A stretch of 64,000 bases of DNA from Octopus sinensis (taxonomy: Eukaryota). A program made the translations under genes and the position numbers. Shown here piece by piece: positions 12,481 to 28,390 of this stretch. Under the pieces are notes generated by a model that was given only the letters and a program-made list of their open reading frames with translations, was not told the origin of the DNA and did not search any database. The stretch lies in contig NC_043002.1 of the NCBI RefSeq assembly GCF_006345805.1, positions 26,660,001 through 26,724,000 on the forward strand. The letters run 5' to 3'. How positions within the stretch are numbered: the first letter of the stretch is position 1; each line of letters begins with the position of its first letter.

Positions 12481-13924
12481 TTCCGCCGATATACAGATGA
12501 AATGAGTAGACAAATGTTTTTACATTTTACATATAAGATAGTGAGGTGTGCATACTCTCTGAACACTAACCAGTCAGATATAAACCATGTCAGGATCATC
12601 GTAATTTTAATGCGAGTATAACAACTATGTAGGTGTTATATTTTCTGGTAGATGATGTTTTTGCATAAGAATATTATTAATTATGTAATTAAATCTTGTC
12701 GTATTTTTCCCCAAAACAATGAATTATGCATGAAAATAAATTTTACTCAACGAAGGATGCCAATTGTTAATGAAAATACTGGATTCATTTGTAATATCTT
12801 TCAGACATGGTATGTTTCGAATCTACTGTGTAAATATGAAAATATATTTGAAAAATATAAAATATGAAAACAATAATATCTAATTTGAATGCAATCAAAG
12901 GAAGATTTAATCCAATACATTTTGCTTTTTACTATTTTAAACTACCTCAATACTAAACCTTCAATAACAATTGCAAGATATTATGCAGACAAGCATCATC
13001 TAATGTAGTTCTGAAATGTTTCTTGGTGCGCTTTACTTTCGAAAATAATTGCTCACACAAATAAAAGATGTTAACTATTGATGTCATATCTTTTAGCATG
13101 GATAATGAACATAGGATATTTCTCACATGAATGAATATATTTTATATTGAAGGCAAGAAATGATGCACTTTCAAACTGTAATTTTGATATCAATATCTCA
13201 TCGACTGTACGTCAATAAATTCAATTTGATAATATTCCAGCGTAGTATGAACTTCCACGTCAAATGGAGCTGCAAACAGTTTGAAAGCATTTGTATGCAT
13301 ATATATTGGAAGAATGAAGTTAAAATATCTGTCTTACTTTTTCGTCAGTATTTTAAGATACCCAAATCTTTCACAGTTTTCTAGATGAGCATCTAAGCAT
13401 TTCACATTCAAAGAATTTAATAGATAACTGCGTTGTGAGATTCAATTCTAATATTTGTTTGGTGATGTTTGAATGTGTGTCGAGCATGAAACTATGTTTA
13501 AATTGTTATATTGGCAGTTGAATCGCTTGTGACGAATTTTATTTGGATTCTTCATTCGTAAAGCGGTTAGATATCGTGACATGTTTCTGTCTCAGTCGGG
13601 AAAGATTTCGGATAAACTTTACAGCATTTATTATCTTTCATGAGAACAGTTTGTCAGTTAGGTAGTCCACATGGACAATGAACTGTAGTTCCTTTATAAA
13701 TCAAGACTGAAAACGTAATCTTGTAGTTCAGTTTCATGTATCTTTTACTCGAACTTAAATAATACGCCACCAGTACCCTTCTACACAAAGTAACCTCTCT
13801 TTAGTATCAATAATTTAACTTCCTGTTTTCAAGTTATTGGTCAGAGTCGAATAGCCTCACATTTTTCAAGAAAACATGCACTCTTATACAAAGTTTTAGG
13901 TATTTTAGTTGAAAACTAATATCT

Positions 13925-14130
13925 ACCTGGAGAAGGACATCATGCTCGGAATGGTCAGTGGCAAGAGAGGAAGAGGCCGACCAAGAACCCGCTGGCTTGA
14001 CACCATCAAGAGTGATACCAGAATGGACATAGCCAATCTGAAAGAAGCGGTCCAGGATAGAACTGACTGGAGGACACTGATCCAACGAGTAACCGAGAGT
14101 AGACTTCGACTGAGCGGATAGATAGACCTT
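13925..14130 (+). mobile_element. 5'-truncated RTE/BovB-like LINE 3' end
   Basis: LEKDIMLGMVSGKRGRGRPRTRWLDTIK...AVQDRTDWRTLIQRVTESRLRLSG*, then a short gata tail. Confidence 0.88.
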
Positions 14131-14148
14131 TTGGAACATATTTGTTAA

Positions 14149-14149
<1 letters not shown>

Positions 14150-14197
<48 letters not shown>

Positions 14198-14227
14198 TAT
14201 ATTATATATATATATATATTATATATA

Positions 14228-14292
<65 letters not shown>
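14150..14292. repeat. (TACA)n/(TA)n microsatellite
   Basis: Direct reading. Confidence 0.95.
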
Positions 14293-14295
<3 letters not shown>

Positions 14296-15714
14296 CGAAC
14301 ATGTATGCATGTGTGTCTGTGTGCATATCTACATGAACATGCAAACTATTTGTAACATACTGCAAAATAAATATATAAAAAATTACAGATATTCTTGCAC
14401 CAAATTCTATTATGTTTGTTTTATCCATCTAATGCACACACATAAACACATATACAGACAATGTATATACAATGCATATATGTCTTTGGCTATAAGTCTT
14501 TATCCGTGTCCGTCTTAACTTTGGCACTGTTTAAATAGATGTTATTTTTTTGTCTCCTGATCTAGCGGTTTCGCAAACAATTTTGATTGATAAAATATTA
14601 GAGGTGAATATAATACTCACTATGACATTGAAGAGGCTGATTCATGATAACAGATGTGAAAATACTGTTCAATTTTGTAGTTGTATATAAAAGAAATCAA
14701 TGTGGTAATGGTTCCCTTGAAAATTAATATTTTCTGAATAAATTAATTTCTTGAACTTTTCATTGAAGTTTTCATAAATAATCAATTTCTTATGAGTTTT
14801 GTTGTTTATTATCTTTTTCGTTTTATTTTGAATGGTAATAGGACATATATTGAGTATTCATGTGAGAAAAAGAAAGATATTCAAAACAGGAATCGGCAAC
14901 CTTTTGGTATTGGTGAGGTCAATAGTTTATTAATAAAAAAGTGATTCTTATAAAAGTCATAAAGTACTTCAAATAGAGAATATTTCTATTTAAATAAAAC
15001 TAGTTATATTTTTCATTAAATCAGTCAATAATGCATTATAGTAAATCATTTTCACTTTGGGAAGAACATGAATTCTTAATCAACGAACTCAATTTAGTAA
15101 GCATTTATGTTAATTAGACCATGTTTCGAGTCTATTTAAAAGATATAAAGAAGCTTTAAAAGATGAATGTCCAAACTGCATTGATTATTGGAAAAATAAG
15201 TATCATGAAAAACTACATAATTTAATTCTAATGCAGACAGACGAATGATGCTGAATGTCGGCTAAAATCTCCACGTCAGTGTTGTTGATCAGTCAAATTT
15301 GACATCAGTCAATTTTGTCATCAAATAAATCTTGGTGCGCATTAGGTTCGAAAATAATTGCTCACAAAAATAAGTAAAACCAAAGATTGATACTATTATT
15401 TACACGGATAACTAAATTAAGATTTTCTTCCTAGCATGGATGTACTTTCATTTAAAGGCAAAGACAAACGTACATTCGAAACGACATTTTGACCTCATTA
15501 TGTCAACGTACCTAGCGCAATCAATTCCATTCGATTATTTTCTGAATGTCTGCTAGCTTGAGCTTATAGACAAACCAGCAAAAATCAGTGAAATTACTGG
15601 ATTTTTTTACTCCTGGCCTTTATTAAGAAATATGCGTAGACCACATTTTACAATATGTGTAAAGGTTTTCGAAGATCATAATATGACATTTACCGCATGG
15701 TAAATGGTACTTAT

Positions 15715-15880
15715 ATGGTACTTATATGGTACTTATTCTATTGTTCTCTTTTCCCTATCTGCTAAGTTACAGAGACGTAAACACACCAACACCGGTTGTT
15801 AAGTGGTGATGAGACAAAAACACTAAGATGCACTACTTATACATACGCACACATGCACATACACAGACACAAGCGCGCGT

Positions 15881-15918
<38 letters not shown>

Positions 15919-16090
15919 GTATATAAATGACGGACTTTTTTTCAGTTTCCGTCTACCAGATATAGTCACAAGGCCTTGGTCAGTCCGAGGCTAGAGTAGA
16001 AGACACTTGCCAAAGATATCACACTGCTGGAATAAACCTAGAGCCATGATGTTCTTGGGAAGAAGGCTTCTTACTTCACAGTCACGCCTG
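15715..16090 (-). mobile_element. Diverged SINE family B
   Basis: cagtttccgtctacc...aaggccttggtcagtccgaggctagagtagaagacacttgcc matches other copies. Confidence 0.75.
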
Positions 16091-16811
16091 TCACTATACA
16101 TATGCTTATAAATTTTGTATTTATGTTACAATATCGAGGTATTTAAATGAAATGTGAAATGAAATGGATGTGATAAATTAATCAAGATTTGGACAACGCG
16201 ATACAAAAATTCTTTCAAAAATTGAGCCTTTGTGAACTCAGCGTAAGGAACTGAAATGCCTTGTGACTGAAAGATTTGGTGTTCGCATTTAATGATGCGA
16301 TCGAACTAAGAAACTGATGCTTCATGTGATCCAGTCACGTCATTCACATCTCGATATGTTTTCATATATGTACAGAAGAATTTCTTTCCTTTCTAGATCA
16401 GTGCCGGAAGGTCTTCCCAAATTGAAGCATTCTCGAGAGTTTTAAATATGAGTTTACACGCATGCATTTTATACAACGCAGTTTTGTACGATTTTTTACA
16501 CATAATTCCAACTTGACGAACGTAGCGTTTGCGGTTCTAATATAAAAATGAATTCTAACATTTTGGCCTGAGAATGACAGATTCGGTGTTCGCAGAAGCG
16601 CATGCGTACTAGTATCCATTGACGTAATTCAGGTGTATTCTCACAATGTTGTTTAGAATGCGAACTTTCTCCTGTGTTTATTTCCGCACAGGAAGGACTC
16701 CTGAGTCTACCGTGTGCACGCGCACGCGCATATAGACACACAATATGTGTGTGTGTGTGTTATATATATTTATTTAATTTAATTTACGATTACACTGTAT
16801 TGGAAGCACTC

Positions 16812-17168
16812 AGTCTGTTACGACGACGAGGGTTCGGGTTGATCCGATCAACGGAACAGCCTGCTCGTGAAATTAACGTGTAAGTGGCTGAGCACTCCAC
16901 AGACACGTGTACCCTTAACGTAGTTCTCGGGGATATTCAGCGGGACACAGAGAGTGACAAGGCCGGACCTTTGAAATACAGGTACAACAGAAACAGGAAG
17001 TAAGTGTGAGAGAAAGTTGTGGTGAAAGAGTACAGCAGGGATCACCACCATCCCTGCCGGAGCCTCGTGGAGCTTTAGGTGTTTTCGCTCAATAAACACT
17101 CAGAACGCCCGGTCTTGGAATCGAAACCGCGAGTCCGCTGCCCTAACCACTGGGCCATTGCGCCTCCA
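16812..17168 (-). mobile_element. tRNA-derived SINE (family C)
   Basis: Minus head tggaggcgcaatggcccagtggttagggcagcggactc with A box and B box (ggtttcgattcc); body shared with 51285-51608. Confidence 0.85.
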
Positions 17169-17564
17169 CACTGTATTAAGAAATGCTCCAGCAAGTTCCA
17201 TTCGATGACTTGATGTATAAGAATAAATATATATATACATGTGTGTATGTATATATATATGTATGTATATATACACACATACGTGCACGTCCCCCAACAT
17301 ATGTAATGATTGTTCTATCATGTCAGACGATAGAGTTCTCATCATTGAAATGTTTACTCAAATGCTGGCTGTCAAACACAAATGTGCTCAGAGGTGACTC
17401 TTCAGATCAATTGTTGTTCTACAAGGTGTAGAGTAGACATAGCTTACAAATCTCATCTCTATAATAATTTCATCTCTCTCCCTCTCTATCTATATGTCTG
17501 TTAGTTTGTCTATCTGTCTGTCGGACTGTCTGTATGTATGTAACTATACATATATGTGTGTGCG

Positions 17565-17571
17565 TGCGTGA

Positions 17572-17668
<97 letters not shown>

Positions 17669-17735
17669 GTATGTATGTATATATTTATGTATGTATGTAT
17701 GTATGTATGTATGTATGTATGTATGTATGTATATT
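17565..17735. repeat. (TA)n/(TATG)n microsatellite
   Basis: Direct reading. Confidence 0.95.
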
Positions 17736-18109
17736 CGTATATGTGAATGTGTGAGAAGAGGAGCGCGTGTGTATGCGTGCAATACAGACTATAATTTCGT
17801 CTCTGATTACAGGAGAATTTTTTATTCTAGTCTGCTTGAAGAACTGACACAAGTGACGAGGGAAAATCTTATTGTGAGAAAAAATTGTAAAATTGTAAAT
17901 TGGTATTTATCTGATCTTCTTTTACACTTTATACCAATTTTTTTACTGCTGTTGTATGGTAGTATTTGAAATTTACGTATTTACATAGACTTGGCTAGAT
18001 AAAAATTGTGATTAATTTCTACTTGGCGTTTTACTGAAACTTCTCTTGTTTCTATTGTGTTAACCCAACCATGTTGGAACTAATTATCCATGGACGCATC
18101 ATGAAAATA

Positions 18110-18676
18110 TTGGGTTGTCCGGAAAATTGGTGCCGATTTTTAAAGGAAAGAAAAGGTCAATAATTACTTGCCATTACCCAAGCATTACCAGGTGCTCATG
18201 AACCACGAATTTTGATAGGTTGAGGCTTTCTGCCAATTCTCAGGTTGTGCAATGTGGGTTATTCTCAATTAATGACTTGATTTGGTCATCATCTGTAGTG
18301 GATGGTCTTCCTGATCGCTCAATAAGGCTACAACCTCCAGCTAGAAACCTTGCCAACCACTTCTGTACAGTTCTTTCGGATAAAGAAACATCACCGTAAA
18401 CTGCGCATATTTCTTTGGTTGCTTGTAAAGCATTTTTCCCTTTACGGAAAAAGAAAAGTATCAAGTGCCAAAAATCAACTTTCTTATTTTACATTTTAAA
18501 GGGTTACAGAATTAACACAGGTAATAGGAACATAAACCTTCTTCCACGAAAAGATAGCTTAAACTCTGCTCTAAATGGAGGTATAGTCAAATCCTATTTT
18601 ATGGACTCAACCATGTTCTAAAATAAGTCGAAAGTTACGCTACTATAAATCGGCACGAAGTTTCCGGACAACCCAA
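18110..18676 (-). mobile_element. Internally deleted mariner element
   Basis: TIRs ttgggttgtccggaaa / tttccggacaacccaa; TA on the left; N-terminal HTH only (FRKGKNALQATKEICAVYG...WLARF...RSGRP). Confidence 0.9.
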
Positions 18677-19444
18677 TGCTTTCTATAAACACGCACACAG
18701 CTCTTTTATGAATTTTCAATACCAAGCATACAACATCTGGGAAAACGATGATCTTTGCAGTTTTTATTAAACGTATAAGTTTATAGATTTATATAATCTT
18801 TGATATTATACAGTAATTATTGTAATTCAGATCAAACTTCTATCTCTCAATCCCTGGTCATTCGTTGATTTGTCGTATATTTCTCATGCCTGCAGTGAGG
18901 GCTTCTAAATTGCGAGTAGTCACAGCATCAGATATGTTGCATTACTCAACTGTTCTCGCCGTCTGTCCTCTGAGATAAAATTTCACTGAACTCAACATTG
19001 CCTTTAGTACTTTGGAATCCAAAAATGAAGTATCAGTCCTCAACGTTTTTCTTTAAATTATGCTATTGTTCTATTTGTCTTTCTTCTTTCTAGAAGAAAT
19101 CATTAGTAGGATAACCTCGAGAAAGCAGGGCTCTCCAAAGTCTAAAATATCTTCAAGATAAACCGTATGTAACGACGACGCCTCTGTAAAGGCTTATTTA
19201 CACTTGTTAAAAACTCAAACAAAGCTCTCTAATTCTTGCCGATTATACCCTCCTTTCTCATATACACAGTATCGTTATTTACTTAAAAATAATAATTAAA
19301 ATATTATCTATATATGTTGCAGTTTATCTTCACTATTTTCAAGCAATAATAGATAACCAGTTCCAGTTTTCTCGATTAATCAGTTTTAACCATTTTGAAG
19401 AACCTTCCATAACAAATATTTTATTTTATCATTTATCTCATTTA

Positions 19445-19830
19445 GATTGCTTACCAACCACATGGTTCCGGGTTCAGCCCCACTGCGTGGCACTTTGGGT
19501 AGGTGTCTTCTACTATAGCCTCGGGCCGACCAAAGCCTTGTGAGCGGATTTGGTAGACGGAAACTGAAAGAAGCACGTCGTATATATATATATGTATATG
19601 TATATATATATGTGTGTGTGTGTGTGTTTGTGTGTCTGAGTTTGTCCCCCCAAACATGGCTTGACAACCGATGCTGATGTGTTTACGTCTCCGTAACTTA
19701 GCAGTTCGGCGAAAAAGACCGATAGAATAAGTACAAGGCTAACAAAGAATAAGTCATGGGGTAGATTTGACGACTAAAGGCGGTGCTCCAGTATGGCTGC
19801 AGTTAAATAACTGAAACAAATAAAAGAGTA
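19445..19830 (+). mobile_element. SINE family B
   Basis: B box ggttcagcccc, body, internal microsatellite, 3' domain ending aaaagagtaa. Confidence 0.88.
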
Positions 19831-20763
19831 ACAAATTAGTATTAATCTAATTCAATGAATTCAAGAAAATGACGTAAAGGTTACTCGCAGTGGAAGCGAA
19901 CATGGATCCAACATATTCGGAATCTAATTTATTAACCTCATAGTCGAGCACGTAGATATATTGACTGAAGTTTCCAATCTGCAGAAAATTTCAAGCAAGC
20001 AAAGGATTTAGCGCTGACATTTAGTTGATTGCAATTCATACCACATTATCAGAATTTTGTTAAAAAGTAAATATTCTGTTATTAAACTTTGATATTATGG
20101 AAGAGTTACATGTTGCGTAAATTGCCTTAAATTACTAAAAGTTATTTCATATATCTTTAATATCTTAGTTTCCAAATGTCATCTGTTTAGCTGAAAGAGT
20201 TTTGCGATTCGATGTGATGATTTTGATTCAGATTACTTTATAAATCCTCATATTTCTTTAAGCAGAGACAGTTTCCGCCAATTTTAAGAACATTTTTACA
20301 TTTTGAGCAGTTTTTCATCATTATATTATATATTCTTCTTTCTAGTTTCGTTTTATTTTTCATTATAAAGAATTCCAGCTTGCTCATACATCAGTAATGT
20401 TCTGTGATATACTAATATAATCTATCATAATATGTTTCACTGTCTCTTTCTGTATCAGTTTCCGTCTCTCTTTAATCTAATGCTGCTTCTCTTTTTTGGC
20501 ATTAGGCGGTAACAGATTTCCTCTTAGCATGTGGTTGGTTGCAAATGCATGCCATTGACAATGTTCCAACGTGGCGGAAATGCATCAGGGATCGTTGGTA
20601 ACCCCTATTGGAACGACTTTCATGTGCCTCCCATATATATTGTATTTTAAAGTACGGAACCTCTGCTAGAGATGCTATTCTCCCTAGTAATACCACCCGT
20701 GTATTTACATTAAATGTAATACAAAGATGGGTATTTCATGCTATAACTACAGTATAAAATGGT

Positions 20764-20804
<41 letters not shown>

Positions 20805-21112
20805 CAACTCCATTCTTTTCATTTATTGATATAAAAAAAACACACAAATTTCCACACACGAACACGGGGTTCGGCCCTTGACATGTAACTTCAACCGTGT
20901 TTTACTGACGTGAATTTGCTACCCAGGTATCGATTAACCGAATTATCCATACTAGGATAATTCATTAATCTACTTGAATATGTATATATATATATTATAT
21001 ATATATATATATATATACGCACGCGCACACACACACGCACGCACGCGCACACACACACACACACATACGCGCGCGATTATATGGTATGCGGTGCCGAATT
21101 ATACAATTTGTA

Positions 21113-21171
<59 letters not shown>

Positions 21172-21751
21172 TAATAATAATTTTTATGAGCTTAAAGCTT
21201 ATAAGCGCTCACTGTACAGTGACTAAATTAAATTGTCGATTATATAAGCCCTCGATGGAAAAAGGAGTATGGTTTGCCGTACGCAAAACTTAATTTTCTT
21301 AATTTTTATATGCCCCAATATTAGACTAATATTGATCTAAACTAGAAGATACGCTGAGTGCTCGAATTCATTAGCTAGCATGACCCAAGATCATTATGAA
21401 GACTGGAGTTCGGGATCTACTTTCGCGTCAGCGGGTAAAGATTAAAGGAAGCTTTTCAAATCACTTAAATTATTTTAATGGTAAATCTAAGTGAGTAAAA
21501 TTAAATAATGATGTCTTACAACTCTTTCTGTGATATCTCAGGTAATGAATCAAGATTTGTTCTCACTTGGTTTTATTTTCCTCTTCCTTTATTTGATACA
21601 TGCATACATATATACATGCATTTATATAAATAGTAAATATATAGGCTATAGTAGAAGACACTTTTGCATGGTTCTAAACCGAAAACCATGTGGTTGGTAA
21701 GCAAGCTACTTAACACATTGCCAATCCTGCGCCTAAATATATATATATATT

Positions 21752-22901
<1,150 letters not shown>

Positions 22902-22903
22902 CC

Positions 22904-24228
22904 TTAGGTTGGCAACTAATTTCCCACCGTTTTTTAAAGTTAATCTTTTAAAAAGTTTTCATATAAAATAACAACTAATAAATAATTAATTAATTAATTA
23001 ATTAATTAATTAATTAATGAATAATGTATTCACCGTTGCTGTTTATTACTTCTTCCCAACGTTCAACAAGATTTTCAATACCTCGTTGGTAGAAATTACC
23101 CGATTTCGACTCGGATAATTGAACCTACCAAGCTCTCAATTCTGCATCAGTATTGAACAAAACTCCTCGCATACCATTTGAAAGAGATAGAAAGAGGTGA
23201 AAATCCATTGGTGGCAAATCAGGAGAGTACGGCGTGTGTGGCAGCACTTTCCAGCCAAGCGTTTGAATGGCTTCCTTGGTCATATAGGCGATATGAGGGC
23301 GGGCGTTGTTGTACAGCAGAAGAACTCCATGCTGATGATTAGGTCTTTTCTCTTGAATAGCCGTGTTGAGTTGTTCCATCTGTAGAACATAGAATTCCTA
23401 ATTGACCGTTCGGTTCTGTTCAAGCAATTCGTAATAGATAATCCCTTCCCAGCCCCACCATACACACAACATCGTTTTACGCGGATGAAGATCTTGTTTC
23501 ACGAGCGGTTCGCTTGTTTATCGGGGCTAAGCCATTCCTTACGCTGCTTCATATTGATGTACAGGCACCATTTTTTTCGACAGTAACGATTTGGTAAGGT
23601 AATCGTTGCTTTTTCCATGAGTTGAGCCGTGACGAGCAAGCAAACCAGCGGAGATTGTGGCTCGTTGATTTTTGTTGTTGTCACTTAAAGCATTCGGAAC
23701 CCATGTTCCATACTTCTGAACCTTTCCTATAGAGTGAAGATGCTTCTCTATAGCGGTGGGAGCATTCCATTTTCTCTGCCAGTTTCCTTATCGTTTGACG
23801 AGAATTTTGGTGCAAAACTTGGTTTAATCGCTCTTCATCGAACTCAACTGGACGGCCAGAACGAGGAGCGTCTTTGAGGTCACAATTTCCATTTTTGTAC
23901 TTGGCATACCAATCACGAGCGGTTCTTTCAGCTATGGCACCCTCTCCATACACAGCACAAATGTCGCGAACAGCTTTTGCAGCCTTAGAACCTTGATTAA
24001 AAGCAAAAAGGAGTTGTCGAAAATGCTCGTTTTTTTCTTTTTAACATTCCATTTTCATGATCTGAAAATAAACAAAAATTAACTTAAATTAACTTGAAAA
24101 AATAACATCTAAATAGATTCCAAAATGATTCAAGAATAGAATTCTCGAAAAAAATAGATTCCAAAATTTTAAAATGCAATAAATTCCAAAATTAAAAAAA
24201 AAAGGCAGGAATTTAGTTGCCAACCCAA
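22904..24228 (-). mobile_element. Full-length mariner transposon with pseudogenised DD34D transposase (about 23014-24052)
   Basis: TIRs ttaggttggcaactaa / ttagttgccaacccaa followed by TA; YGEGAIAERTARDW, RSGRP, WVPHAL, NARPH, YSPDLPP motifs; stops and frameshifts. Confidence 0.93.
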
Positions 24229-24989
24229 TATATACTCTATAATAGAGAAAGCTGCTTATTAATTAGGTATGTAACAATTACTAAATGTACTAAGAGAAAG
24301 CAATATTAAAAGCTTGACCGTCTGGAAATATTTTTATAAATTCATGTTTTAAGAAATTGCTTATAATTTCGATTTCTGATGTATATTGAATTTTTAAACT
24401 CCAAATTCTCCCAAATTTAAATATTCATTGCATTGACTGCGTTCACTTCTTCCTGAATCTAATATTCATTGCCTTCACTGCGGGGTAGATATTAATGTTT
24501 AATTATAAACACTATTAATTCGCTGCAGGTAACATTTTACGTTTTTATTTGCAAGAGTCTCTAATTTTCGCTCTATTTTCATTAACGATAATTTAATGAT
24601 AGCTGTATAACTTTGATACCATACACAATTTTCAGAATATTATTAGTCTCCAGAATTTGTTAAACAAATGTTTTTGATAAGATGAAAATTCTTTAATATA
24701 CCGGTATAATTTTTTTTAAGTGAAGAAGTGCTTTTGTTAGTATGGCTCTAACGTTATAAGCCTTGCAATAATAACTATGTGATCGCTGCTATTTCTAGCA
24801 CGCTAAACAAGATAGTTTTTAACGAGATTTCATTTATATATAATATGCGACTGAAAAAGAAAATTTAGCAGCTTAGGCTCAACGGCAGTGAGAAGGAGAG
24901 GCAACTGAATCAGATGAAACCAGAGCAAAGTGACTTAAACAGATGCCTAAATATGCACGGAGATGTAGACATGATTCTGTTTCTGCTAC

Positions 24990-25745
24990 ACATGACCGAC
25001 CGGTTAGTGTATTTCGAGAGGAGAATATTCGACTTCAAAATAATGGTGTCAGATCACAAATTGTTGATGCAACATTAAAGAGATCTTTTCTTTGTGATCA
25101 TGTGGAAGTAGTAGAGTTGACAACCCATCTAAGACTTCTTACAGAAGGTCATTCTGATGACAGAGAGTTTGCTAACTACCGTCTTGATGTAGGAAATGTT
25201 AACATTTCTGTTGAACGAAATCTAGGAACTACCCAATGACCCTTGCCTTGAAAGTGGCACTCTTTCAGATCAATGTGATTTTGTATATGCTGACCTCAAA
25301 AGTAACTTCACAAACCCTGTGTGGGTTGCAAATAGAACCATTGTTATTCCAACAAATGAAGCAGAACAATATGTGGATGGTTTTCTGTTGACCAGGATCC
25401 CTGGTGAGCTAAATATATACAGAAGCTCAGATGCAGTTGATAATGAAACTCTGCTTCCCATCGAGTTCATCAACAAACTTACACCATTAAGATTCCCATC
25501 ACAAGTTCTCGAACTAAAGAAAAAACGATGCATAATGCTTCTGAAAAATGTTGATGCTGCTAATGGACATCATAGTCAGTTTACATGATCATGTTATTGA
25601 GGCTGAGGTTAAAATCTCCTCACATTGTCAGCTGTATGTGGCATTATCTAGAGTTCGAAAGAAGGTTAATGTAAAAATATTGGCTGAGAGAAATGGAAAC
25701 AGTATGATTACTGACAATTCTGTCTACGAGGAGATACTACTTTAA
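24990..25745 (+). pseudogene. Helitron RepHel PIF1-like helicase C-terminal fragment
   Basis: LTTHLRLL, PTNEA, PIEFINKL, LELKK..IMLLKN, SHCQLYVALSRV, TDNSVYEEIL; internal deletions. Confidence 0.82.
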
Positions 25746-25899
25746 AGTAAAATATACCTTTTAGCAAGTTTCAGTAAATGCAATTAACACATAAATTATA
25801 TGTCAAGTAACATATGTTTATGTGGAATTAAATTGCTTTGGCATATTTCAACACATGCCGAATGAATGATATCGTTATATTAGATCATCCTATACCTGG

Positions 25900-26795
25900 G
25901 TATATTTGAAAAAGTAAGGAAACGTCAAAAGAAGAAAAAACAATACAAGTCGGACCAGCTCACAGGAAAAGTATTGTATAGGGAGATCTCACAAGCCATT
26001 GGAAGGTATTAATCATGTCGAAAATTTGGCAGGTAGTACCGACAAGTTTATGACATCCCGCTTTGAAGACTATATCCATGCATTCCAATAACAAGAGATC
26101 TCCACGAAGAACCTACGGCATAAAATGTAGAAAACATTGACACACATCAAATGAAGGCTGTGCAAGTCCAAGACTGAAGAAATCGACAACGTTATTGTCA
26201 ACTGTGAGAGAATGCCGCCCAGATATTACGTTCCCATAAGGCATGATACATTGGCCAGAACGGTCTGCAAGAAGATAGCAAAATAGAGAATACCTACAAA
26301 CGAGATGACCATATTGAAGGCGATGTGTCATTTTGAATTTTGGGTGAACTTCAAAATTAAAGCAACCATGAAGTTAAAATACAACTGGCCAAATATCGTG
26401 GTGAGGGTACAAAAAACAATGTTTACTGTTGTGGAAATCGGCCTCCCTCTAGACACGATTTCAGTAAGAAAAATTCAAGAGGAAGCGGACATATATGAAG
26501 CATTGTCAAGGAGTTTGCAAACCCAATACCCAAGATACAGTTTCAGCTACATACCAACTATTATCGGAACAAAAGGGTACATACCAACCCGTATGAGACA
26601 AAGTATGGCTGAACTTGTCATATGGGTAGAGAATGCAAATCCTTAATTCATATACTATAAAAATCCCAAAGACATTAAGATCTAAAGAATGATGGTTAAA
26701 ACGATAATTTCCTTCACAATCTTGCTACCAAATAGATTACCCTGTCAAAATCTACTCTAAATTTAAAAAGAGAAAGAGTAGGATATACATAGTAT
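25900..26795 (+). mobile_element. Degenerate RLE-type LINE 3' region (family distinct from copies 1 and 2)
   Basis: FEDYIHAFQ.QEISTK, RLCKSKTEEI..VIVNC, YYVPIRHD, NWPNIVV (RPD-like), VVEIGLP; ends at a (TACA)n tract. Confidence 0.75.
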
Positions 26796-26925
26796 CATAC
26801 ATACATACATACATACATACATACATACATACATACATACATACAAGCCTACATACATACATACATACATACATACATACATACATACATACATACATAC
26901 ATACATACATACATACATACATACA
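26795..26925. repeat. (TACA)n microsatellite
   Basis: Direct reading. Confidence 0.95.
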
Positions 26926-27229
26926 CACGTATGCAGGAGTGTGCGTGCATTGACAGAATACCCGGCTGAAATGTAGTTGCAAATGGTACAGAATTATTCT
27001 ATAATAAAAGCAGTTTATTAAATATTCTATTCGTAATCGTGCTCTGTTTTACTTTTCTCTTTGAAAGTCATCTTCCATGTAAGAAATGAAATCGTTTTCC
27101 ATTACATCTATAGCCGTCTTGTGTCTACACATACATACTCAATATTTTAAGTATACAGAGAAATTTAATTGTGTAAATGATTTATAGCAAATTCAAGAAG
27201 ACAAGATTAAGTAAAATAAAGAAGACATG

Positions 27230-28390
27230 ATTAAATTAAAGCAATAGGATTAGGTGAAATCGTAAACAAATATATTTTGTTTGAAATGAATAAAAGTAGA
27301 TAACATTTATCTTGTTTTCTTGAAACTCTTGAATCGTTAAAATAATTTGAAAAATGGGTAGTTATAAACGTTGAGAGATGAATCACCGATGTAGATGAAA
27401 TATTTCTTATTACGTTTGGAGAGCAGGATACGTATAGGAAGCCATCACATTCAAACAATGGAACTGAAATACATGAATCAGTAAAGAATCGATATCAAAA
27501 TTGATTTGGGTCCTAAGCGATGTATTATTAGACACATATGACTCCTCGGAATACTCAATACTCATGTCAGCACCTCGGTATTCAGAATGCATTGGATGTT
27601 ACCAAAATGTTACCACCGGTTGAGTATCCGGCAACATTGGTCATACACAAAGCAGTATTCTTCGAGATACTGTCCCAGTAAATCTAAATGATTTGCTTAT
27701 GACTTTCGACTAACATATTAAAACTTACTCAAGCGTACCTAGAACGGAAGTTTTAGAATTCAAAGAGGCCATCTATTGGCATGAGTGGAAAAGTAAATAT
27801 ATAATTACAGCCTCATCTTTGGTGCACACAGTTACAATTTTATCCTCAATTCTATGTAGTACATATTTCTGAAAACTCAATAAAAGATGGCACTTAGAAG
27901 TACAGTGACTTCTTGTTATAGATATAGTCTCAGAATGCTTCGATATATCTCTCTCTCTCAAAATATCTGCCAATATATTATTGTATTTAGAGGGCTAGAG
28001 AGAAAGGGGATAAGCTTTTGAGCTTATTCCCAATGCCTTTGAGGATGAGAGCCGCAATGTAAAGTTCACCTATATATTCTATGTCTATACTTGGGTATGT
28101 CTTTTCTGTTTGGCGCTTGAAATCATTGTGATATCATTACGATATCGGGCCAAAGGCATACTGAAGCGTTTGATGTGCAAATTAAGGTGCAGGATGGTAA
28201 AAAGAACGCTATGACATTTGGACCATTGAGTGAAAAAGACTCTTTGACATTGTTGCATGCGACTGGATATCATGTTCCCTCAATATATGTGCAAAACATG
28301 CGTCTCTTAGCTGTTATAAACATAGCCATTGATTTCGAAGACTGAAGAGAATTTGGACCTGAAACGCCGTGGGAAAGAAGTCGTAGATTA
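27230..28390 (-). pseudogene. Possible decayed Penelope-like RT fragment
   Basis: Minus ORF 28085-28273 contains LARYRNDI (RYRDD-like); a decayed hammerhead-like CTGAAGA...GAAAC lies on the plus strand at 28342-28365. Confidence 0.35.

Noticed and set aside
13010-15560. Diverged direct repeat (13010-13260 vs 15320-15560)
   Set aside because: Looks like two old copies of a dispersed repeat; no termini or coding signal to define it.
18240-18464. SETMAR or another domesticated transposase gene (also 23014-24052 and 55412-56461)
   Set aside because: All lie between TIRs and carry stops, frameshifts or deletions.
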